Assembly: GCA_001801085.1 (NCBI GenBank)
Contig: MGWR01000041.1
Coordinates: 25,901-89,900 of the forward strand
Direction of reading: 5' to 3'
Length of the DNA stretch: 64,000 bases
From: Gallionellales bacterium GWA2_60_142
GTDB lineage: Bacteria > Pseudomonadota > Gammaproteobacteria > Burkholderiales > Gallionellaceae
In this document: positions 18,750 to 29,455 of the stretch, in pieces
Position numbering within the stretch: the stretch's first letter is position 1
Layout of the letters: each line of letters begins with the position of its first letter
Translations under genes and position numbers: made by a program
The notes under the pieces: generated by a model
The model's database searches: none
Told to the model about the DNA's origin: nothing
The model's input: the letters and a program-made list of their open reading frames with translations, nothing else

Positions 18750-19493
18750 ATGGATAAGCTGATCTATACCGCGATGACCGGTGCTTCGCATGTGCTGCAG
18801 CAGCAGGCGGCGGTGTCGGAGAATTTGGCGAATGCGAGTACACCCGGCTTTCGCTCGATGCTGAACACGTTTCGTGCGGTGCCGCTGATCGGTGAAGGCC
18901 TGCCGACGCGAACGTTCGTGGTCGACTCCACATCCGGTTCGGATTTCACTCCGGCAGCATTCCAGCCGACAGGGCGCGAGCTCGATGTCGCGATCAATGG
19001 CGCCGGCTGGATCGCGGTGCAAGGGGCGGATGGCCGAGAGGCCTACACCCGCAATGGCAGCTTCGAGGTTACGTCCAACGGGGTGTTGCAGACCCGTACC
19101 GGGCTGACTGTCGCGGGCGATGCCGGGCCGATCACGATTCCTCCCGATACCGAAGTCACTTTTGCGAAGGATGGCACGATTTCGACCGTGCCGAGCGGCC
19201 CTCAAGCAGCCTCGGTGGTGGTTTTAGGTCGGCTAAAACTGGTCAATCCGCCGGAGGGCCAGCTCGAGCGTGGTGGGGATGGTTTGTTTCGGCTGAAGGA
19301 TGGCAGCAACGCGCCCGCCGATGCGACGGTGGGGGTGGTGCCGGGCAGTCTGGAGGGCAGCAACGTGAATACCGTGGAGGCGCTGGTGAATATGATTTCG
19401 CTCGCTCGCAAGTTCGATATGCAGATGAAGATGCTGCAGAGTGCAGATAACAATGCACGGCAAGCCAGCCAGATAATGAATATCTCAGCCTGA
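18750..19493 (+). CDS. flgF: Basal-body rod protein FlgF
   Basis: MDKLIYTAMTGA, NLANASTPGF, TGRELDVAI, LEGSNVN. Confidence 0.96.
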   Translation: MDKLIYTAMTGASHVLQQQAAVSENLANASTPGFRSMLNTFRAVPLIGEGLPTRTFVVDSTSGSDFTPAAFQPTGRELDVAINGAGWIAVQGADGREAYTRNGSFEVTSNGVLQTRTGLTVAGDAGPITIPPDTEVTFAKDGTISTVPSGPQAASVVVLGRLKLVNPPEGQLERGGDGLFRLKDGSNAPADATVGVVPGSLEGSNVNTVEALVNMISLARKFDMQMKMLQSADNNARQASQIMNISA

Positions 19494-19521
19494 TAACTTA
19501 AAGATTAATTAAGAGGTAATC

Positions 19522-20304
19522 ATGATACGTTCCTTGTGGATTTCCAAGACCGGCCTGGATGCACAGCAGACTCAGATGGATGTGATCTCCAATAATCTGG
19601 CCAATGTAAGCACCAACGGTTTCAAACGTTCTCGCGCTGTGTTCGAGGATCTTCTCTACCAGACCATACGTCAGCCTGGTGCGCAGTCTTCTCAACAGAC
19701 CCAGATTCCTTCCGGCCTGCAGATCGGTACCGGCGTGCGACCGGTGGCTGCCGAGCGCATCCATACGCAGGGCAATCTCCAGCAAACCGGCAATTCGTTG
19801 GATGTCGCGATACAGGGGGCGGGGTTCTTTCAGGTGCTAATGCCTGATGGCACTACGGCTTATACCCGCGATGGCGCCTTCCAGCGCGATAGTCAGGGGC
19901 AGATGGTGACTTCCAGCGGTTTTCCGGTTCAGCCGGCAATCACGCTTCCTGCGAATGCAATCAATGTCACGATCGGACGCGACGGGGTGGTCAGCGTCAC
20001 TCAGCCGGGGGTGGTTGCGCCAGTCCAGGTGGGAAGTCTGCAGGTGGCGACATTCATCAATCCGGCCGGATTGATGAGTATGGGCGAAAATATGTACGTG
20101 GAGTCGGCTTCTTCCGGGACGCCGAGCACCAACGTGCCGGGCACCAATGGTGCCGGTCTGTTGACCCAGAATTACGTGGAAACTTCCAACGTTAATGTGG
20201 TCGAAGAGTTGGTCAATATGATTCAAACGCAGCGGGCTTACGAGATCAACTCAAAATCGATCCAGACTTCGGATCAGATGCTGCAACGCTTGAGTCAGCT
20301 TTAG
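19522..20304 (+). CDS. flgG: Distal rod protein FlgG
   Basis: [46 protein letters not shown]. Confidence 0.98.
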   Translation: MIRSLWISKTGLDAQQTQMDVISNNLANVSTNGFKRSRAVFEDLLYQTIRQPGAQSSQQTQIPSGLQIGTGVRPVAAERIHTQGNLQQTGNSLDVAIQGAGFFQVLMPDGTTAYTRDGAFQRDSQGQMVTSSGFPVQPAITLPANAINVTIGRDGVVSVTQPGVVAPVQVGSLQVATFINPAGLMSMGENMYVESASSGTPSTNVPGTNGAGLLTQNYVETSNVNVVEELVNMIQTQRAYEINSKSIQTSDQMLQRLSQL

Positions 20305-20346
20305 ACTTGGTTTTTTGAATAGCTTGTTCGGGCGATGGAGTGTTGA

Positions 20347-21030
20347 GTGTCGAATAGGGTTGCATTTATCGGTGTTCTGTTTACTTTGGTTGGTTGCGTC
20401 AGCAACCCGCCGAGCAACGTCCACCAGCCGATGACGGCCAAGCCGGTGATGCAAGCGCCGGTGGTGCATAACGATGGGGCGATCTTTCATGCCGGTGCAA
20501 ACGAACGACCTTTGTTCGAGGACAGGCGTGCGCGCAACGTCGGCGACATTCTGACAATCAATATCGTCGAAAATACGACGGCCAATCGCCAGAACAGCTC
20601 CAGTTCCAGCGCCAAGAATAGTATCAATGCGACAACCCCGAGCGTGACCGTCGGACCGTTGGCCAAGCTTTTGCTGAAGGCGTTCGCGGTGACCAGCGCC
20701 AGCGACAACAGCACCGGCGCAACCGGCGCGGGCGCTGCAAGCGAGAACTTGACCGGAAATATTACGGTGACGGTCACCGGAGTGCTGGAGAACGGCAATC
20801 TGCAGGTCAGCGGCGAGAAAATCGTGGGGATTAACAACAGCGATGAATTTATTCGTTTCTCAGGCGTGGTTAATCCGACTACAATCGCAGCTGCAAACAC
20901 CGTGCAGTCGACCCAAGTTGCAGATGCCCGTATCGAGTACAGAAACGGCGGAGCGATGGGCGAAGTCGTGAACGATGCGCAGACCCTGGGGTTTCTGGGG
21001 CGGTTCTTCATGTCGGTGTTGCCATTCTAG
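20347..21030 (+). CDS. flgH: L-ring lipoprotein FlgH
   Basis: Lipobox LVGC, LFEDRRARNVGDILTI, STQVADARIEY, C-terminal PF. Confidence 0.95.
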   Translation: MSNRVAFIGVLFTLVGCVSNPPSNVHQPMTAKPVMQAPVVHNDGAIFHAGANERPLFEDRRARNVGDILTINIVENTTANRQNSSSSSAKNSINATTPSVTVGPLAKLLLKAFAVTSASDNSTGATGAGAASENLTGNITVTVTGVLENGNLQVSGEKIVGINNSDEFIRFSGVVNPTTIAAANTVQSTQVADARIEYRNGGAMGEVVNDAQTLGFLGRFFMSVLPF

Positions 21031-21081
21031 GCTAGGGGTCGGACGTTCCGGTTCTTGCCTTGCCGGTTGAGGAGCGGGGTG

Positions 21082-22179
21082 ATGAAGCGATTTATTGCAA
21101 TCTTGTTCGTGGCCATGTTGCCGTTTTCGTCTGCGGTAATGGCGGAGCGTATCAAGGATATGGCCAGCATCCAGGGGGTCCGTGATAACCAGTTGATCGG
21201 TTACGGTATTGTGGTCGGCCTTGACGGCAGTGGCGACCAGACCACGCAGACCCCTTTCACAGTTCAAAGCATTATCAGCATGCTCTCGCAGATGGGCGTC
21301 AATCTTCCGCCCGCCACCAGCCTGCAGCTCAAGAATGTGGCTGCGGTGATGGTGACCGCGACGTTGCCGCCTTTCGCCAAGCCCGGGCAAAATATTGATG
21401 TGACGGCGTCTTCTATCGGCAACGCCAAGAGTTTGCGCGGAGGTACGCTGTTGATGACCCCGTTGAAAGGGGCCGATGGTCAAGTCTATGCGATGGCGCA
21501 AGGCAATGTGCTGGTTGGTGGCGTCGGTGCGTCCTCGGGAGGCGCTTCGGTGCAGGTGAACCATTTGAGCGTCGGGCGCGTCCCCACCGGGGCGACGGTC
21601 GAGCGGGCGGTGCCGACGGCGGTGGGGCAGGGGGAGTTCATTCATCTGGAATTGCGGGAAACGGACTTTACAACGGCTTCCCGCATCGTCGAGGTCATCA
21701 ATTCCCAAGTAGCGCCGAATCTGGCTGAGGCCAAGGATGCCAGGGTCATTCAGGTGCGGGCACCGCTCGGTGGCGAGCGCATCGCATTCATTTCCAAGAT
21801 TGAGAATCTGGAGGTCGATCCCGCCCAAGGGATAGCCAAGGTCATCATCAACGCCCGGACCGGATCGGTGGTGATGAACCAGGCGGTGACGCTGAACGAT
21901 TGTGCCGTTGCCCACGGCAATCTGACCGTGGTGATCAATACCGAAAGCACGATAAGCCAGCCGAACGCCAACACGCAAGGCCAGACCGCGCAAACCGATC
22001 AGACAACGATTGACATGAAGAGCGACAAGGGCGAATTGATACGCCTGCAGCGCGGTGCGTCGCTGAGCGAGGTGGTCAAGGCGCTGAATTCCATGGGCGC
22101 AACGCCACAGGATTTGTTGGCGATTCTGCAAGCGATGAAGTCGGCCGGTGCATTGCGCGCAGAACTGGAGATCATCTGA
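21082..22179 (+). CDS. flgI: P-ring protein FlgI
   Basis: Signal peptide, [45 protein letters not shown]. Confidence 0.97.
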   Translation: MKRFIAILFVAMLPFSSAVMAERIKDMASIQGVRDNQLIGYGIVVGLDGSGDQTTQTPFTVQSIISMLSQMGVNLPPATSLQLKNVAAVMVTATLPPFAKPGQNIDVTASSIGNAKSLRGGTLLMTPLKGADGQVYAMAQGNVLVGGVGASSGGASVQVNHLSVGRVPTGATVERAVPTAVGQGEFIHLELRETDFTTASRIVEVINSQVAPNLAEAKDARVIQVRAPLGGERIAFISKIENLEVDPAQGIAKVIINARTGSVVMNQAVTLNDCAVAHGNLTVVINTESTISQPNANTQGQTAQTDQTTIDMKSDKGELIRLQRGASLSEVVKALNSMGATPQDLLAILQAMKSAGALRAELEII

Positions 22180-23060
22180 TGGTCGAGCGTCTGGATATAT
22201 CCGCCAAGCTTGCTTTGGATACGCAGAGTCTGGAGCAGTTGCGCGCGCAGGCCAGGCAGTCGCCGGACCAGGCGCTCAAAGCGGCAGCGCAGCAGTTCGA
22301 GTCGGTCTTCCTCAATATGATGCTGAAAAGCATGCGTGAGGCGACACCTCAGGACGGTATGTTCGATAGCGAGCAGACACGCATGTTCACCGGCATGCTG
22401 GATCAGCAACTGGCACAAAGCATGGCGGGCCGGGGCGTGGGGTTGGCCGATATCATGGTTCAGCAATTGAGTCGCAACATGGCCGGTCAAGCTGAGGTCG
22501 GGAAAACCGGGGCGGTGTCGCCCGCCACTTCCGGCGCACAACGGCCGACAGCGCCGGCACCCAATGCTATGAGTGCCTTGCCGTCGGCATACAGTGAGAA
22601 TGCCCAGCAGGATTTTGTGGGCCGGATGTTGCCATACGCGGTCCAAGCCAGCAAAGCTACCGGCGTGCCGGCCCAGTTGATGCTGGGGCAGGCCGCGTTG
22701 GAGAGCGGCTGGGGGAAGCGCGAGATTCGCATGCCCGACGGCAGCAACAGTTTCAACCTGTTCGGCATCAAGGCCACTGCCGGATGGGGCGGCAAGGTTG
22801 CCGAAGTGATGACCACCGAGTACAGGAACGGCATAGCCTATAAACAGGTTGAACGCTTCCGAGCCTATTCCTCCTATGCCGAGGCTTTCCAGGATCATGC
22901 CAACCTGATCGGCAACAATTCGCGCTATGCGGAAGTGATGCAGCAAGCCGGCAATCCCGCCGGCATGGCCGTCGCGATACAGCGTGCAGGATATGCGACC
23001 GACCCGAATTACGCCGATAAGCTGGTTCGGGTAATGGGCATGATGAAGATAGAGACGTAG
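22179..23060 (+). CDS. flgJ: Rod cap/peptidoglycan hydrolase FlgJ
   Basis: AAQQFESVFLNMMLKSMR rod-binding domain; QAALESGWG, NLFGIKA, AGYATDPNYA muramidase. Confidence 0.96.
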   Translation: MVERLDISAKLALDTQSLEQLRAQARQSPDQALKAAAQQFESVFLNMMLKSMREATPQDGMFDSEQTRMFTGMLDQQLAQSMAGRGVGLADIMVQQLSRNMAGQAEVGKTGAVSPATSGAQRPTAPAPNAMSALPSAYSENAQQDFVGRMLPYAVQASKATGVPAQLMLGQAALESGWGKREIRMPDGSNSFNLFGIKATAGWGGKVAEVMTTEYRNGIAYKQVERFRAYSSYAEAFQDHANLIGNNSRYAEVMQQAGNPAGMAVAIQRAGYATDPNYADKLVRVMGMMKIET

Positions 23061-23150
23061 CGTCGATCTCTTGCTTTTTGGGGGGGTAGCCGTTCCTGAG
23101 TCGCCTGAGCGCGAGCCTTGGTGGATATGAAGGCGATCCAGAGAAGACTA

Positions 23151-23177
23151 TAAAGTATTCGATACCTGTGCCGATAA
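23151..23177 (+). promoter_or_regulatory. Sigma-28 promoter of flgKL
   Basis: TAAAGTAT-N11-GCCGATAA about 40 bp upstream of flgK. Confidence 0.88.
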
Positions 23178-23217
23178 CCCATACAAGAGTGTTTGTCGGC
23201 GAAGGAAGGAAAAGATC

Positions 23218-25425
23218 ATGGCAGGTAATATATTCTCCTCGGCATTGAGCGGCATGAATGCGGCTCAGGTTGCCTTGACGACGACCCAGCACAATATCTC
23301 CAATGCGAACACCCCCGGGTTCACGCGACAGGAGACGATGACTTCCGCACGTCCCGGAATCCAGTTCGGCGGCGGCTTTATCGGACAAGGCGTGGATGTT
23401 GTGGGGGTGACGCGCATGTATGACCAGTTTCTGTCCACACAGGTGTTGCAGGAGCAGGCCCAGTCCACCTATCTCAGCAGTTATCACACCGCGCTCAAAC
23501 AGATCGATAATCTGATAGCCGACCCGGCTGCCGGAGCCGCGCCGGCGATGCGTGATTTTTTCAGTGCGGTCAATGGCATGGCAAACAGCCCAGAGTCCAT
23601 TCCGGCTCGCCAGACGGTGCTGAGCAACGCGCAGTATGCGGTGAATCGCTTTCAGGCGATTGATCGCCGCCTGACGGATATTGCCAATGGCCTGACCGAT
23701 CAGGTGAGCGCCAGTGTCAATCAGATCAACAACTACGCTAAACAGATCGCCGCCTTGAACGGCAATATCAAACGAGCCATGGGTTCGGGTGCTGTGCCCA
23801 ACGATCTGATGGATCAGCGCGACCAGTTGGTCACGTTGCTCAATAAAGAGGTGAAAGCGACCACGTTGCGGCAGCCCGACGGGACGTTGAATGTACTCAT
23901 CGGCAGCGGTCAGTCACTGGTGATCGATGAACAATCCATGCCGCTGCAAGTGGTTCAATCCCCTCGGGATCCGAGCAAGGTGGATGTTGCCTATAACATT
24001 AATAACACGACGGTGGTGTTGCAGCAGAGCAGTATTCAGGGCGGGAATCTCGGGGCATATCTGACTTTCCGCGACCAGACTCTGGAGCCGATGCGCAACG
24101 AACTGGGGCGCGTGGCGTTGGGCATGGCGATGAGCGTCAACCAGCAGAATCAGACCGGCTTGGATTTGCGCGGTCAATTGGGCGGGAACATCTTTTATGC
24201 TGCGGCGCCTCGCGTCGATGTGGGGGCTTACAATCAGGGCACGGCAGTGGTCTCAGCCACTATCGCCGACCTCGGCGCACTAACCACCAGCGATTACCAG
24301 CTTAAGGTGAATGGTGTGGACAACTACACGCTGGTGCGCCTATCCGACAATAAGGTGACCAATATCACCAGCCCGTTACCGCAAACAATCGACGGTTTTA
24401 CGATCAACCTAGCGTCCGGTGTGGCAACTTCCGGCGACAGTTTCCTGATCCGCCCGACAGCGAATGCGGCTCGCGACATCTCCGTGCTGACCAGCGATCC
24501 TTCGGTGATCGCGGCGGCTGCGCCGATGCGCGGTATCGCCGGTACGATCGATCCGGTTTCCGGCGCGCTTGTTTCGGCGAACACCGGCACCGGAATGATC
24601 GGCAGCGGCCAAGTCAATATGAGCTCGGTAACGATCAAGTTTTCCGACCCGGCCTTGCCGCCGCAGACCTATACTGTTACCGATTCCAGTGGCGCAGCCG
24701 CTACGGTGACAGGCAATTATGTTGCGGGTAATCCAATCGACTATAACGGTTGGACGGTGCAGATATCCGGTGCCCCGGGGGCGAATGATGTATTCAATGT
24801 GGTCAGAAACATCAACTCGACCACCTCGGCGCAGATGTCGGCGTCGCCGGCCGTCACCAACGTGGGGACAGGAACTATCAGCCCGCCCTCTGCAGCCGTG
24901 GCTTGGACGACCCCCTTTACTGTCACCTTTAATGCCACGGCACAAACCTATACGGTAACAGGAGCAGTGCCGGATGTTTCGGCGACCCCGATCGCATACA
25001 CGCCGGGGAGCCCGATCAATATGTCTTATAACGGATGGACGGCGCAGATCACCGGAGCGCCGGCGGATGGCGATGTGTTCAACTTTGTTCCGAACAAGAG
25101 CGCCACCGGGGATAACAGTAATGCCCTGCAACTGGCGGCCTTGCAGACCACCAGCATATTCGCGAACGGCACGACCAGTCTTCAGGCGGCATACAGCCAG
25201 TTGGTCGGAAACGTCGGTGCAAAGACCAACGAGTTGGCTGTGACCAGTGAAGCGCAGCTCAACATGGTGAACGAAAGCATCAAGCAACAACAGTCCTTTT
25301 CCGGGGTCAATCTCGACGAAGAGGCCGCGAACCTGCTGCGCTACCAGCGCGCCTACGAGGCGGCAGCAAAAGCGTTACAGATTTCCAACAGTATGTTCGA
25401 TGCCGTGTTGGCTCTAGGAAGGTAG
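23218..25425 (+). CDS. flgK: Hook-associated protein 1 FlgK, with internal domain duplication
   Basis: HNISNANTPGFTRQ, NDLMDQRD, SGVNLDEEAANLLRYQRAY. Confidence 0.96.
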   Translation: MAGNIFSSALSGMNAAQVALTTTQHNISNANTPGFTRQETMTSARPGIQFGGGFIGQGVDVVGVTRMYDQFLSTQVLQEQAQSTYLSSYHTALKQIDNLIADPAAGAAPAMRDFFSAVNGMANSPESIPARQTVLSNAQYAVNRFQAIDRRLTDIANGLTDQVSASVNQINNYAKQIAALNGNIKRAMGSGAVPNDLMDQRDQLVTLLNKEVKATTLRQPDGTLNVLIGSGQSLVIDEQSMPLQVVQSPRDPSKVDVAYNINNTTVVLQQSSIQGGNLGAYLTFRDQTLEPMRNELGRVALGMAMSVNQQNQTGLDLRGQLGGNIFYAAAPRVDVGAYNQGTAVVSATIADLGALTTSDYQLKVNGVDNYTLVRLSDNKVTNITSPLPQTIDGFTINLASGVATSGDSFLIRPTANAARDISVLTSDPSVIAAAAPMRGIAGTIDPVSGALVSANTGTGMIGSGQVNMSSVTIKFSDPALPPQTYTVTDSSGAAATVTGNYVAGNPIDYNGWTVQISGAPGANDVFNVVRNINSTTSAQMSASPAVTNVGTGTISPPSAAVAWTTPFTVTFNATAQTYTVTGAVPDVSATPIAYTPGSPINMSYNGWTAQITGAPADGDVFNFVPNKSATGDNSNALQLAALQTTSIFANGTTSLQAAYSQLVGNVGAKTNELAVTSEAQLNMVNESIKQQQSFSGVNLDEEAANLLRYQRAYEAAAKALQISNSMFDAVLALGR

Positions 25426-25432
25426 GTGCGAG

Positions 25433-26704
25433 ATGCGTATCAGTTCGAATACTATTTTTGACAGCAACGTGGCCTCGATGACGCAGGCACAGTCGCGGTT
25501 GTTGCAGACGCAGCAACAGATCACGACCGGCAGGAAGATATTGACGGCGGCGGACGATCCGGTGGCTGCTGCCAGGGCTCTCGATCTCAGTCAGTCTGAT
25601 GCGATCAACACCCAATTTGCCACGAACCGTGATGCGGCCAGGCACAATTTGTCCATGACAGAAACGACGCTGGATGGTGTGACCACGCTGTTGCAGAATG
25701 TAAAGACGGCTGCGGTGACCGCAGGCAATGGTTCATTGACGGTGGCTGATCGGACTTCGATTGCGACCGAATTGAGCGGGCGCCTGCAGGAGTTGCTGGC
25801 GCTGGCAAACAGCACCGATGGCGTCGGGAATTACCTGTTTGCCGGATTCCAGAGCAGAACGCAGCCCTTCGTCGATACGCCGGGCGGGATGGGATATTTC
25901 GGCGACGACGGACAGCGCTTGATTCAGGTGAACTCATCGCGCCAGATGCCTTCCGGCAATACGGGCGCGGAAGTTTTCATGCGTATCAAGAATGGTAATG
26001 GCACGTTCTTGACTCAGGCCGCTGCCGCGAACACCGGCAACGGGATAGTCAGCGCGGGCTCGGTGACTGATAGCGCCCTCTTGAAGCCTAGCCATACCTA
26101 CAGTCTGACTTTCAGCGTGGGGCCGGATGCGCCGGGCGGGCCCGACCTGACGAAGTACGTCGTCAGGGATACGACGCCGCCGGCAGTTCCGCCCGGTACT
26201 CAAGTGTTGCCCGATCCGCTTTTGCCGCCTCCGGTTGCACCGGCAGTTCTGGGGGTGCCCTATGTGAGCGGCCAATCCATTTCTTTCGATGGGATGCAGT
26301 TCGATATTGAGGGCGTGCCAGCCAACGGAGATGCTTTTACGGTTGCTCCCAGTACGAATGAGAGCATGTTCAAGACGATTTCCGACATGATCTCCATGTT
26401 GCAGGCGGTTCCGTCGGGTGCGAGTGTCACCAATGGACTTAACCGCGCCATGAATCATCTGGACAATGCGCTGAACAACGTGCTGACCGCTAGAGCTTCC
26501 TTGGGAGTTCGTCTGAACGAGCTCGATGCCTTGCAAGCCGAGGGCGAGAACATGGGTCTGGAATTCAGGAAGTCCCTTGCGTTGCTGCAGGATGTCGATT
26601 ACAACAAGGCGCTCAGCGATCTGACCATGCAGCAGACTGCCTTGCAGGCCGCACAGCAGACCTTTGCCAAGGTTTCTGGACTGTCGCTTTTCAACTATAT
26701 CTGA
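25433..26704 (+). CDS. flgL: Hook-associated protein 3 FlgL
   Basis: MRISS, TGRKILTAADDPVAAA, GNYLFAGFQS, LSLFNYI. Confidence 0.96.
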   Translation: MRISSNTIFDSNVASMTQAQSRLLQTQQQITTGRKILTAADDPVAAARALDLSQSDAINTQFATNRDAARHNLSMTETTLDGVTTLLQNVKTAAVTAGNGSLTVADRTSIATELSGRLQELLALANSTDGVGNYLFAGFQSRTQPFVDTPGGMGYFGDDGQRLIQVNSSRQMPSGNTGAEVFMRIKNGNGTFLTQAAAANTGNGIVSAGSVTDSALLKPSHTYSLTFSVGPDAPGGPDLTKYVVRDTTPPAVPPGTQVLPDPLLPPPVAPAVLGVPYVSGQSISFDGMQFDIEGVPANGDAFTVAPSTNESMFKTISDMISMLQAVPSGASVTNGLNRAMNHLDNALNNVLTARASLGVRLNELDALQAEGENMGLEFRKSLALLQDVDYNKALSDLTMQQTALQAAQQTFAKVSGLSLFNYI

Positions 26705-26708
26705 TCGG

Positions 26709-27491
26709 CTATTGCTGGCCTGAGCCCAGTATGCTCAGCATCTTGCCCAGCCCTTCCAATGTGACGCGATCAAGCAGCAGGCTCAGGTAAGGCATCGATA
26801 GCAGCATCACGACGAATCCAATGGTCAGTGTGATGGGGAATCCGACCGCGAACAGGTTGAGTTGTGGCGCAGCACGGGTCAGGATGCCCAGAGCGATATT
26901 GGTGATCAGCAGTGCGGCCACGATGGGCAGGGAAATCTGCAGACCGAAGGCAAAGACGCTACTCCCCCAACTGGCGACATTATAAAAACCAGTGCCGGAC
27001 ATGGAGTTGCCGATGGGCAGTGTGGCGAAGCTTTCCACCAGAGCGGACAGCATGTACAGATGTCCGTTCGCAGCCAGGAAGGCCAGCACGGCGATCATAC
27101 CCAGCCAGCGAGCAACGATGGGCGAATAGGATGAATTCAGCGGATCATAGAAGCTGGCAAATCCCAGGCCCATCTGCAATCCCGCCAGTTCACCGGCCAT
27201 TTCGACAGCGGTGAATATCAGACGCATCGTGAAACCCATCGCCACACCGATAATGATCTGCTGGATGATGATCAGCAGTCCTTGCGGGGAACCGACAGGC
27301 ACTTGAGGCATCGCCGGGAGGGTAGGCGCGATGATAATGGCAATCAGCACAGACAGGCCGATCTTGACGCGTTTGGGCACCTGCGTGTTGCCGAATACCG
27401 GCGAGGTGGCGATCATCGCCAGAATGCGTGCCAGCGGGAAGATCAGGGCGGCCAGCCATACGTCGAGCTGAGCGCTGGTGACGCTGATCAT
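26709..27491 (-). CDS. fliR: Export apparatus protein FliR
   Basis: GELAGLQMGLGFASFYDP, RAAPQLNLFAVGFP. Confidence 0.96.
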   Translation of the reverse strand: MISVTSAQLDVWLAALIFPLARILAMIATSPVFGNTQVPKRVKIGLSVLIAIIIAPTLPAMPQVPVGSPQGLLIIIQQIIIGVAMGFTMRLIFTAVEMAGELAGLQMGLGFASFYDPLNSSYSPIVARWLGMIAVLAFLAANGHLYMLSALVESFATLPIGNSMSGTGFYNVASWGSSVFAFGLQISLPIVAALLITNIALGILTRAAPQLNLFAVGFPITLTIGFVVMLLSMPYLSLLLDRVTLEGLGKMLSILGSGQQ

Positions 27492-27497
27492 GGCGAT

Positions 27498-27767
27498 CTA
27501 CCCGATCATCCAGGGGATGTTGCCGAACAGGCGCTGGATGTAATCCACCATCATGCTGATCATCCATGGGCCGGTAAAGATCAGCACCACGAATATGCCC
27601 AGCAGCTTGGGGATGAAGGACAACGTCATCTCGTTGATCTGGGTGGCTGCCTGGAAAATGCTGACCACCAGGCCGATGACCAGAGCGGTCAGCAGCAGCG
27701 GTGCCGAAATCAGCAAGGTCATTTGCACGGCTTGTTGTCCGATGGTGATGACGGTTTCGGGTGTCAT
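27498..27767 (-). CDS. fliQ: Export apparatus protein FliQ
   Basis: MTPETV, SIFQAATQINEMTLSFIPK. Confidence 0.97.
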   Translation of the reverse strand: MTPETVITIGQQAVQMTLLISAPLLLTALVIGLVVSIFQAATQINEMTLSFIPKLLGIFVVLIFTGPWMISMMVDYIQRLFGNIPWMIG

Positions 27768-27771
27768 ATCG

Positions 27772-28521
27772 TCAGGTATAGAAGCTTTGCGCCAGCGAAC
27801 CGAGGATCAGGTTCCAGCCGTCGGCCAGCACGAACAGCATGATCTTGAACGGCAGCGAAATGATCGACGGCGACAGCATCATCATACCCATGGACATCAG
27901 CACGCTGGCGACCACCATGTCGATGATCAGAAACGGGATGAAGATCACGAAGCCGATCTGGAAGGCGGTCTTCAGTTCGCTGGTCACGTAGGCCGGCACT
28001 AGGATGCGCAACGGCACTTGGTCCGCGCTTTGCAGCGGTTCGCTGTTGGATATGCGGACAAACAGCGTGAGATCGGTTTCCCGGGTCTGGCGCAGCATGA
28101 AAGTTTTCAGCGGGACGCTGGCTTTCTCGACCGCCTCGGTGAACTCCATTTTGTTCTCGCTATAGGGCAGATAGGCATCGGCGTAGATCTTGTCGAACAC
28201 CGGCGACATCACGAAGAACGTCAGGAACAGCGCCAGCCCGATCAACACTTGGTTCGGCGGGGATGACGGTGTGCCGAGCGCAGAGCGCAGCAAACTCAAG
28301 ACGATGATGATGCGAGTGAACCCGGTCATCATCAGCAGAATCGCCGGCAGGAAGCTCAGGGAGGTGAGCAGCAGCAGCGTTTGCAGGCTCAGGCTGTAGG
28401 TCTGGCCGCCGCCGGGTGCGGGTGCGCTGGTCAATGCAGGCAGGCCCACTTCCGCCGCCCAAGCGGGCTGGGCGAGGCCGAACAGCGCGAACAGGAATAC
28501 GGCGAAGAGACTAGGGCGCAT
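27772..28521 (-). CDS. fliP: Export apparatus protein FliP
   Basis: [51 protein letters not shown]; start moved to MRPSLF. Confidence 0.96.
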   Translation of the reverse strand: MRPSLFAVFLFALFGLAQPAWAAEVGLPALTSAPAPGGGQTYSLSLQTLLLLTSLSFLPAILLMMTGFTRIIIVLSLLRSALGTPSSPPNQVLIGLALFLTFFVMSPVFDKIYADAYLPYSENKMEFTEAVEKASVPLKTFMLRQTRETDLTLFVRISNSEPLQSADQVPLRILVPAYVTSELKTAFQIGFVIFIPFLIIDMVVASVLMSMGMMMLSPSIISLPFKIMLFVLADGWNLILGSLAQSFYT

Positions 28522-28987
28522 CGGGCTTCCTGCCGGAAGGGCGACGGCTGATAACGGACGACAGCAGCGCGGCAAACTTGTGGTCGGTGGAGAGGGAGGG
28601 TTCCCCCATGGTATCGGAGGCGACACCGGCAGGTTTCTCGAGCGTATGCAGTGTGCGTATCTGCCCCGGCCCGACTCCCACGACCAACCAGGTGTCATCG
28701 ATCTCTACCAGGACGACGCGTTCCCGCTGGCCTATCGCAACACCGCCGATCACCTTGAGATGGCCGGCCGTGCCTTGCTGTGCCAGATTCATGCGCTTCA
28801 GCAGCCAAGCGACCAGAACGATGGCGGCCAGTACGAGCAGCAGGCTGAAGATGATTTGTACGATGCTACCGGAACTGACTGCGGGCGGAGGAGGGACGTA
28901 AGCCTGACGAGCCCCGTCCAGAGCGGCGGATGCCGCACCGGAAGCCGCCAGTATCATCGCGGCGAATGGAAGACGAAAACGGGCCAT
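28511..28987 (-). CDS. fliO: Flagellar biosynthesis protein FliO
   Basis: TM segment followed by [18 protein letters not shown]; between fliN and fliP. Confidence 0.9.
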   Translation of the reverse strand: MARFRLPFAAMILAASGAASAALDGARQAYVPPPPAVSSGSIVQIIFSLLLVLAAIVLVAWLLKRMNLAQQGTAGHLKVIGGVAIGQRERVVLVEIDDTWLVVGVGPGQIRTLHTLEKPAGVASDTMGEPSLSTDHKFAALLSSVISRRPSGRKPDAP

Positions 28988-28990
28988 GCG

Positions 28991-29455
28991 CTATCGGTTG
29001 AGGCGACGCAGTCGCTCGGATGGAGTGATGATATCGGTCAGGCGGATGCCCAGCTTGTCGTTTACGACCACGACCTCGCCCTGAGCGATCAGGAAGCCGT
29101 TGATCATCACGTCCAGCGGTTCGCCAGCCATGCCGGCGAGTTCGACGACCGAACCCTGGGCGAGTTGCAGCAGGTTCTTGATCGGCATCTTGGTGCGCCC
29201 CAGTTCCACGGTGAGTTGAACCGGGATGTCCAGAATCATGTCGAGGTCGTTCTGGCTGGTCGATGAGCCGACCGCGCCGAATTTCTCGAACACATGCGGC
29301 TTGGCCGGCTCGATCGGTTTGCTGTCGACCGCGGTTTGTTCCGCCATCGCAGCCCCCCAGTCGTCGGCTGCGGTCGTTGCAGTCTGTTCCGCCATCGCCG
29401 CGCCCCAGTCGTCGGCAGTGATGGCCTCTTCGTTGGCGCCGGTTTCGTCAGCCAT
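28991..29455 (-). CDS. fliN: Motor switch protein FliN
   Basis: ILDIPVQLTVELGRT, LAQGSVVEL, GEVVVVNDKLGIRLTDII. Confidence 0.96.
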   Translation of the reverse strand: MADETGANEEAITADDWGAAMAEQTATTAADDWGAAMAEQTAVDSKPIEPAKPHVFEKFGAVGSSTSQNDLDMILDIPVQLTVELGRTKMPIKNLLQLAQGSVVELAGMAGEPLDVMINGFLIAQGEVVVVNDKLGIRLTDIITPSERLRRLNR

